From assembly GCF_900539505.1 (NCBI RefSeq), contig NZ_UQCL01000002.1: 64,000 bases of DNA, one strand, 5' to 3'. The position numbers and the translations under genes were made by a program. Positions 59,125 through 64,000 of the stretch are shown here, piece after piece (positions within the stretch are counted from its first letter, which is position 1; each line of letters opens with the position of its first letter). The notes beneath the pieces were generated by a model. It was not told where the DNA came from. It was given only the letters and a program-made list of their open reading frames with translations, and did not search any database. The stretch is from an uncultured Campylobacter sp. (GTDB lineage Bacteria > Campylobacterota > Campylobacteria > Campylobacterales > Campylobacteraceae).

Positions 59125-60345
59125 ATGCAAAATCAAGTAGAGCCCGTTTCGTTGCAGGAGTTCAAAAATCCGAAGCCGTGCCCGGCGCAGAAGCAAGGGC
59201 TGGGCTTTTACGCGCCTAAATTTAAAGATGAGCGCGCTAGGAATTTTTTCTCCCATCCGATGCGCGCTTTCGTTCTTTGCGCCTGCTTTTTTGCGGCGCT
59301 GGGCGCGCTTAGTTTTTTAGCGCCCGATGCGCTGGCGATCGATTATGTCGCCGCTCATAAGTTTTACTTTCTGTTTTTGGCGCCTTCGTGCATCTACGCG
59401 GCGTTTTTGCTTACCGCGCTGCCCGATTGGACGAACTTCGAGGGCTCGCTAAAGCCCGTCTCGCTCGCCTTTGCCGCCTGCCTGATCGCAGCTTTTATCG
59501 CGAGCTTTTTAAATTTACGGCTTGCGGCTGCGATCACGGCGCTGTTTTGGGCGGTATTTTTCATCTTTGCGGCGCGGCTTTTGTGGCTGGATAAAAACTC
59601 GAATAATTTTAGCATCCTGGCAGTCCTTGCGGCGTTTTGCGCCTGCTCTGCGGCCTATGGCGCGAGCGGGGATGAGAAGTTTTTGCTTAGCTTCGTGCAT
59701 ATCAACGTCGCGGCAATCGCCGTCGTAAGCTACCGCATAAGCGTCGTCATCGGCAACGAAGCGCTAAGAGAGGCGGGGCTGAAGGACGCCGTTTTTATTC
59801 CAAATTTTATCTACAAAAATTTAGCCGCTTTCCTCGCCTTCGCTTTGGCGCTCGCGACGCCATTTTTAAGCGAGGCGACGTGCGGATTTATCGCGCTTGG
59901 CATCGGGTTTTTGTTTTTGGCAAAACTTCGCGAGCTACACTACGTCGAAATTCTAAGCCGTCACTATATGGCGTTTTACTACGCGTTGCAGGCTGCGTGC
60001 GCGGCGGGCTATGCGTGGCTGGGTTGGGAGCTGATCCGCGGGGGATACGCTGCTGCACCGCTGCACGTCATCGCGATCTGCTATATGTATGGAGCGATAC
60101 TTTTCGTAGGAATGATCGCCGGACAGCGCCACAGCGGAATTTCGCCGCTAAACTTCCCGCGCCTAAGCCGCGCGGCGCTCGTTTTGGCTCTGCTCGCGGG
60201 AGGTTTAAGAGCCGTTTTTGCGGGCGAGAGCTTTGTTTTATACGTGATGATCCCCTCGGCGCTTTTCATCGCCGCGGTCGCGCTATATCTGATAAATTTC
60301 ATCCCGATCTTTCTGAAAAATCCTTTCAGCGCGGATCCGGATTGA
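59125..60345 (+). CDS. NnrS-like haem/copper membrane protein. The ORF is also open from the ATG at 58081, which overlaps the ABC ATPase stop
   Basis: The C-terminal ~400 aa is polytopic (…SHPMRAFVLCACFFAALGAL…, 10–12 TM), similar to the NnrS N-terminal pattern GFRPFFL.AAL. The 348 codons upstream are translated repeat DNA. The true start is undetermined. Confidence 0.5.
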   Translation: MQNQVEPVSLQEFKNPKPCPAQKQGLGFYAPKFKDERARNFFSHPMRAFVLCACFFAALGALSFLAPDALAIDYVAAHKFYFLFLAPSCIYAAFLLTALPDWTNFEGSLKPVSLAFAACLIAAFIASFLNLRLAAAITALFWAVFFIFAARLLWLDKNSNNFSILAVLAAFCACSAAYGASGDEKFLLSFVHINVAAIAVVSYRISVVIGNEALREAGLKDAVFIPNFIYKNLAAFLAFALALATPFLSEATCGFIALGIGFLFLAKLRELHYVEILSRHYMAFYYALQAACAAGYAWLGWELIRGGYAAAPLHVIAICYMYGAILFVGMIAGQRHSGISPLNFPRLSRAALVLALLAGGLRAVFAGESFVLYVMIPSALFIAAVALYLINFIPIFLKNPFSADPD

Positions 60346-60411
60346 TGCTCATCAAAGCGGGCTTGCTAAATTTTAGCTACAATCGATCAAATTTCATTTC
60401 AAGGAGAACTT

Positions 60412-60741
60412 ATGCAACACATCAAAAATATCGACGCCGCTAAGGCCGTAGAGCTTGCTTCGCTAGTCGAAGTGGCCCCTCATAAGGTGATTTCGCGCAC
60501 CCTCGCGCAAAATCCTGCGCTAAATATGACGCTTTTCGCCTTCGACGACGGCGAGGAGATCAGCTCGCACAAATCTGACGGCGACGCATTCGTTTACGTG
60601 CTTGAGGGCGAGGGCGATTTCACGATCGACGGGCAGAAGCACCGCGTAAAAGCGGGGCAAAGCATCGTCATGCCTGCGGGCTTGCCGCACGCGATCTTCG
60701 CGCCGGTACCGTTTAAGTGGTTTTTAGTGGTGGTTTTTTAG
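60412..60741 (+). CDS. cupin-domain protein
   Basis: Cupin-2 β-barrel motifs (G.EISSHKSDGDAFVYVLEGEG…, MPAGLPHAI). RBS AAGGAG. Confidence 0.7.
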   Translation: MQHIKNIDAAKAVELASLVEVAPHKVISRTLAQNPALNMTLFAFDDGEEISSHKSDGDAFVYVLEGEGDFTIDGQKHRVKAGQSIVMPAGLPHAIFAPVPFKWFLVVVF

Positions 60742-60989
60742 CCTCTAAGCTTAAGGGCGGGTCAAATTTTAAAATTTAGCCCGCCCGCCGCTTCATAAAA
60801 TTTTATCCGAAATTCCATTCGCAGGGTCGCTCTGTTTGTTTCCGCCTGCTCCCGTTCGCTCTCACAAAATTTTAAAATTTAGAAACGTTTAAATTTTATT
60901 TTCACCGCGCCAAAAAATTTCGTCTGTTTTGCAAACCGTGCGGGAGCTAAAAATAACACATCGCGTTTACGCGCTGTGTCTGGCCCCGA

Positions 60990-61260
60990 AATCGCACGCT
61001 TGAGCTCGCATCGCAAGTCAAATCCATAGCTCGCGCGTTAAATTTCAAAGCCGCATCGAGCATGCAAATGCGCGCCAAGCTAGTCGAGCAGATAGGCGCT
61101 GTAATAGGGCAATGCGCCGAGCGTGCAATACATATCGGGAGAATAGAGCAGACGGGCGCCGTAGTAGGGCGAACCCGCCCAGTGCGCAATGCGCGCCTAG
61201 CTCATAGATTAAGCGTAAATTTAAAGGCCGTGTCCTGCGCGAAATGCACGCCAAGCCGGC
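60990..61260. repeat. cluster of imperfect GC-rich direct repeats downstream of recJ
   Basis: GCAAATGCGCGCCAAGC / GCAATGCGCCGAGC / GCAATGCGCGCCTAGC / GAAATGCACGCCAAGC, with AGCAGATAGGCGCTGTAATAGGG versus AGCAGACGGGCGCCGTAGTAGGG. Confidence 0.5.
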
Positions 61261-61274
61261 CTAAATTTTAAAAT

Positions 61275-62855
61275 TTAGCTCTCGCTAGGGGTCAGCTCCT
61301 TGATGATGAGCTCGGGCGTGATCGTGCCGCGGAAGTTGTTTTTGCTAATCGTAAAGATCGCGTCCACTCGCTCGCCGGCGCGCGGCAAAAAGTCGTAGTT
61401 GAAAAACAGCGCCTCGACGCTGCCGCCGTTTTTGTCAAGCGCCATTTTGATATGTTTGCCCTCCTTGCCGATCTCTCTGATGTTGCGGGCGCGGGCGCCT
61501 TTGATGCAAAAGAGCGGGCGCGGATTTTTCTGCCCGTAGGGCTCGTAAAATTCTAAAATTTCAAGCAGTTCGAAGTCTATCTGCGACGCATCCAGCTCGC
61601 CCAACAGATCGTCTTGCGCGCTAAAATCGCTCAGATCCTTAGGCGTAATGCGCTCATTTACGCGCCGCTTAAACTCCTGCAGCAGCGCAGGATCGATCCC
61701 CACGCCCGCAGCGCCCTTGTGCCCGCCGAAGGTCGTTAAAATTTCGCTTTGCGAGGAGATCAGCTCTAAAATGTCAAATTTACCGATGCTGCGCGCACTT
61801 CCTTTGGCGCGCGAGTCGCTCACGCTAAAGACGATCGCGGGCTTTTTGTAGGTCTTGCTTAGTCGGCTTGCGACGATCCCGATGATCCCTTCGTGCCACT
61901 GCGGACCCCACACGACGATGACGTTGTCGCTCGGATCGACGCTTTTTACGATCTCGTCGTAGAGGTTTTTCTCCTCCTCTTTGCGCGAGTTGTTGATTGA
62001 ATTTATCGTCTCTAGGTAGTGGTTTGCCTCTCTGATATTTTTGGCGCATAGAAATTTATACGACATCGTCGCATCGTCCATCCGCCCCGTGCAGTTGATT
62101 AGCGGCGCGATCGTGTAGCTGATATCGTCGAATTCGAAATGTTTTTTGAAATAATGCTCTTTAATCGCCTTGAAGCAGGCGCGGTTCGAGCTATTTAGCC
62201 GCTTGATGCCGAAGCGCAAAAGCGCGCGGTTCATATCGCGCAGCTCCATCATATCGGCGATTATGGCGATGATGAGAATATCCATCGAGCTTGCCATATC
62301 GTAGTTAACGCCGAGGGTTTCTTTTAGCGCGCCCACGAGATACCACGCTACCTGCGCGCCACAAATTTCGATATTCGGGAAGGTGCAGTCAGGCTGCTTC
62401 GGATTGATTATCGCATAAGCTCTAGGCAGCACGGGCGGGGGCATGTGATGATCGGTGATGATGAGATCGATCCCCTTTTGGGCGCAAATTTCGGCAGCTT
62501 CCGTCGCGGAGGTGCCGTTATCTACGGTGATGATGAGATCTACATCCTCAAGCTCGCCTATAATCTCGCTGTTTAGCCCGTATCCGTCGGTGAAGCGGTT
62601 CGGGATCTTAATGACGTACTCCGCGCCTATTTGATTGAAAAAATCGCTCATTATGACGGTGCTTACGATACCGTCGACGTCGTAATCGCCGACTACGGCT
62701 ATGCGCTGATTTTCTTCGATGGCAGTTTTTATGCGCAAAGCCGCCTTATAGGTATCTTTCAGATCGCAGGGTAAGGGAATTTCAGAAATTTTAGTATGCC
62801 GATCGTTTGCAAATCTCGATTTTAGAATTTCCCTTATCTCATTTTTACCTAGCAT
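61275..62855 (-). CDS. recJ: single-stranded-DNA-specific exonuclease RecJ
   Basis: DHH motifs (IAVVGDYDVDGIVST…, IITDHH). DHHA1 domain. C-terminal OB region. Confidence 0.85.
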   Translation of the reverse strand: MLGKNEIREILKSRFANDRHTKISEIPLPCDLKDTYKAALRIKTAIEENQRIAVVGDYDVDGIVSTVIMSDFFNQIGAEYVIKIPNRFTDGYGLNSEIIGELEDVDLIITVDNGTSATEAAEICAQKGIDLIITDHHMPPPVLPRAYAIINPKQPDCTFPNIEICGAQVAWYLVGALKETLGVNYDMASSMDILIIAIIADMMELRDMNRALLRFGIKRLNSSNRACFKAIKEHYFKKHFEFDDISYTIAPLINCTGRMDDATMSYKFLCAKNIREANHYLETINSINNSRKEEEKNLYDEIVKSVDPSDNVIVVWGPQWHEGIIGIVASRLSKTYKKPAIVFSVSDSRAKGSARSIGKFDILELISSQSEILTTFGGHKGAAGVGIDPALLQEFKRRVNERITPKDLSDFSAQDDLLGELDASQIDFELLEILEFYEPYGQKNPRPLFCIKGARARNIREIGKEGKHIKMALDKNGGSVEALFFNYDFLPRAGERVDAIFTISKNNFRGTITPELIIKELTPSES

Positions 62856-64000
62856 TTTTTATAGATGCTTCGATAAAGCCCAAAATAGCGGGATTTGGGC
62901 GCACTAGACGGCTGGTAAATTCCGGGTGAAACTGCACGCCCAGAAAAAACGGATGATTTTTTAGCTCGACCGCTTCGATAAGCCCATCACTCTCGCCGCA
63001 GACGATAAGCCCGTGCTTTTCAAACTCGGCGCGGTACTTTGGATTGGCTTCGTAGCGGTGGCGGTGGCGCTCGCGGATGGTTTTTTGCTCGCCGTAAATT
63101 TTACTCAAAAGCGAGCCTTTTTTGACGTCGCAGTCATAGCCGCCCAGCCGCATAGTGCCGCCCATAGGGGATTTGTGCGTGCGGATCTGCTTTTTGCCGC
63201 TTGCGTCGATGAAGCTATCGATCAGATAGATCACCGGATCTTCGGTCTGATGGTCAAATTCTGAGGAGTTAGCGTTTTTCAGTTTTAAGACATTGCGCGC
63301 AAACTCCACCATTGCAAGCTGCATCCCCAGGCAAATGCCCAAAAACGGCACCTTATGCACCCGCGCGTAGTTTATGGCTAAAATTTTACCCTCCACCCCG
63401 CGCGAGCCGAAGCCGCCTGCGACTAAAATTCCGTTTACGTCGCGGAAAATTTCATCCACATTGCTCGCTTCAATTTTTTCACTATCTACCCACTTTAAGC
63501 TTATCCGCGTATCAAGCGTAGCGCCCGCGTGGATGATTCCCTCGGTGAGGGATTTGTAGCTTTCTTTCAGATCGATATATTTGCCGACGAAGGCGATCGT
63601 GGTTTCATTCGTAGGCACAATGACGCGCTTAACAAGGCTATCCCAGTTGCTCATATCGACTTCGAGCTTGTTTAAGCTTAAAGTCTCCGCGATCGGCGTT
63701 AAAATATCCTGCTTCAAAAACGCAAGCGGGATCTGATAGATGCTCGCGCTATCGGGGCTTTCGATGACGCAGTTTTTATCCACGCCGCAGCTTAGCGCGA
63801 TCTTATCTTTAAGCGCGCGATTTAGCGGCATTTCGGAGCGACAGATTATCATATCGGGGCTGATACCGATGCGGCGCAGCTCGCCTACGCTGTGCTGCGT
63901 GGGCTTGGTTTTGAGCTCGCCAGCTACCTTGATGAAAGGCACGAGCGTGAGGTGGATATTCATCGTATTTACCCTACCAAGCTCCACTCTCATCGCGCGA
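62845..64000 (-). CDS. pyrG: CTP synthase, 3'-partial in window (N-terminus lies beyond position 64000)
   Basis: …MNIHLTLVPFIKVAGELKTKPTQHSV aligns to the middle of PyrG. Glutamine amidotransferase domain LGICLGMQLA…VQFHPEF. The frame stays open to the window edge. Confidence 0.85.
   Translation of the reverse strand, partial: RAMRVELGRVNTMNIHLTLVPFIKVAGELKTKPTQHSVGELRRIGISPDMIICRSEMPLNRALKDKIALSCGVDKNCVIESPDSASIYQIPLAFLKQDILTPIAETLSLNKLEVDMSNWDSLVKRVIVPTNETTIAFVGKYIDLKESYKSLTEGIIHAGATLDTRISLKWVDSEKIEASNVDEIFRDVNGILVAGGFGSRGVEGKILAINYARVHKVPFLGICLGMQLAMVEFARNVLKLKNANSSEFDHQTEDPVIYLIDSFIDASGKKQIRTHKSPMGGTMRLGGYDCDVKKGSLLSKIYGEQKTIRERHRHRYEANPKYRAEFEKHGLIVCGESDGLIEAVELKNHPFFLGVQFHPEFTSRLVRPNPAILGFIEASIKNAR

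Overview
This 64-kb window reads like chromosomal DNA from an epsilonproteobacterium, most likely a GC-rich Campylobacter of the rectus/showae/gracilis type. That assignment is inference. It rests on the local gene order dxr–cdsA–NFACT (as in C. jejuni Cj1346c–Cj1349c) and a 2-hydroxyacid dehydrogenase / glutathionylspermidine-synthase-like / UPF0323 lipoprotein module (as in Cj0371–0373), on Hcp-type Sel1 proteins and PEB1/CjaA-like binding proteins, and on GC-rich genes separated by unusually long intergenic DNA full of AAATTT/AAAATTC motifs.

Housekeeping genes present are dxr, cdsA, leuC, ilvD, recJ, partial pyrG, mntP, a metal ABC permease/ATPase pair and a CoA-transferase. Between them lie several accessory blocks:
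- two TonB-dependent receptor loci, one with a divergent AraC regulator and a PepSY membrane protein;
- four tandem orphan amino-acid-type solute-binding proteins;
- three tandem Sel1-like cysteine-rich secreted proteins;
- two distant DUF3137-like paralogues;
- a TAT-exported NMT1-type ABC transporter followed by an NnrS-like membrane protein.

The most interesting candidate for something undescribed is a ~5.2-kb low-GC island (about 41.35–46.57 kb) inserted next to the 3' end of a tRNA-Val. It carries about 9–12 small, co-directional ORFs of unknown function and no integrase. These include paralogous membrane-anchored zinc-ribbon proteins, small acidic proteins, and short toxin-fragment-like ORFs translationally coupled to their neighbours. 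It looks like an uncharacterised toxin/immunity or defence-type cargo array, but this is speculative.

A second recurring oddity is that the genome's AAATTT-type repeat DNA sits in frame inside or at the N-termini of real genes (ABC transporter, methyltransferase, EamA transporter, NnrS-like protein) and gives long N/F/K/S/Q-rich low-complexity stretches. No CRISPR array, rRNA or recognisable transposase was seen.
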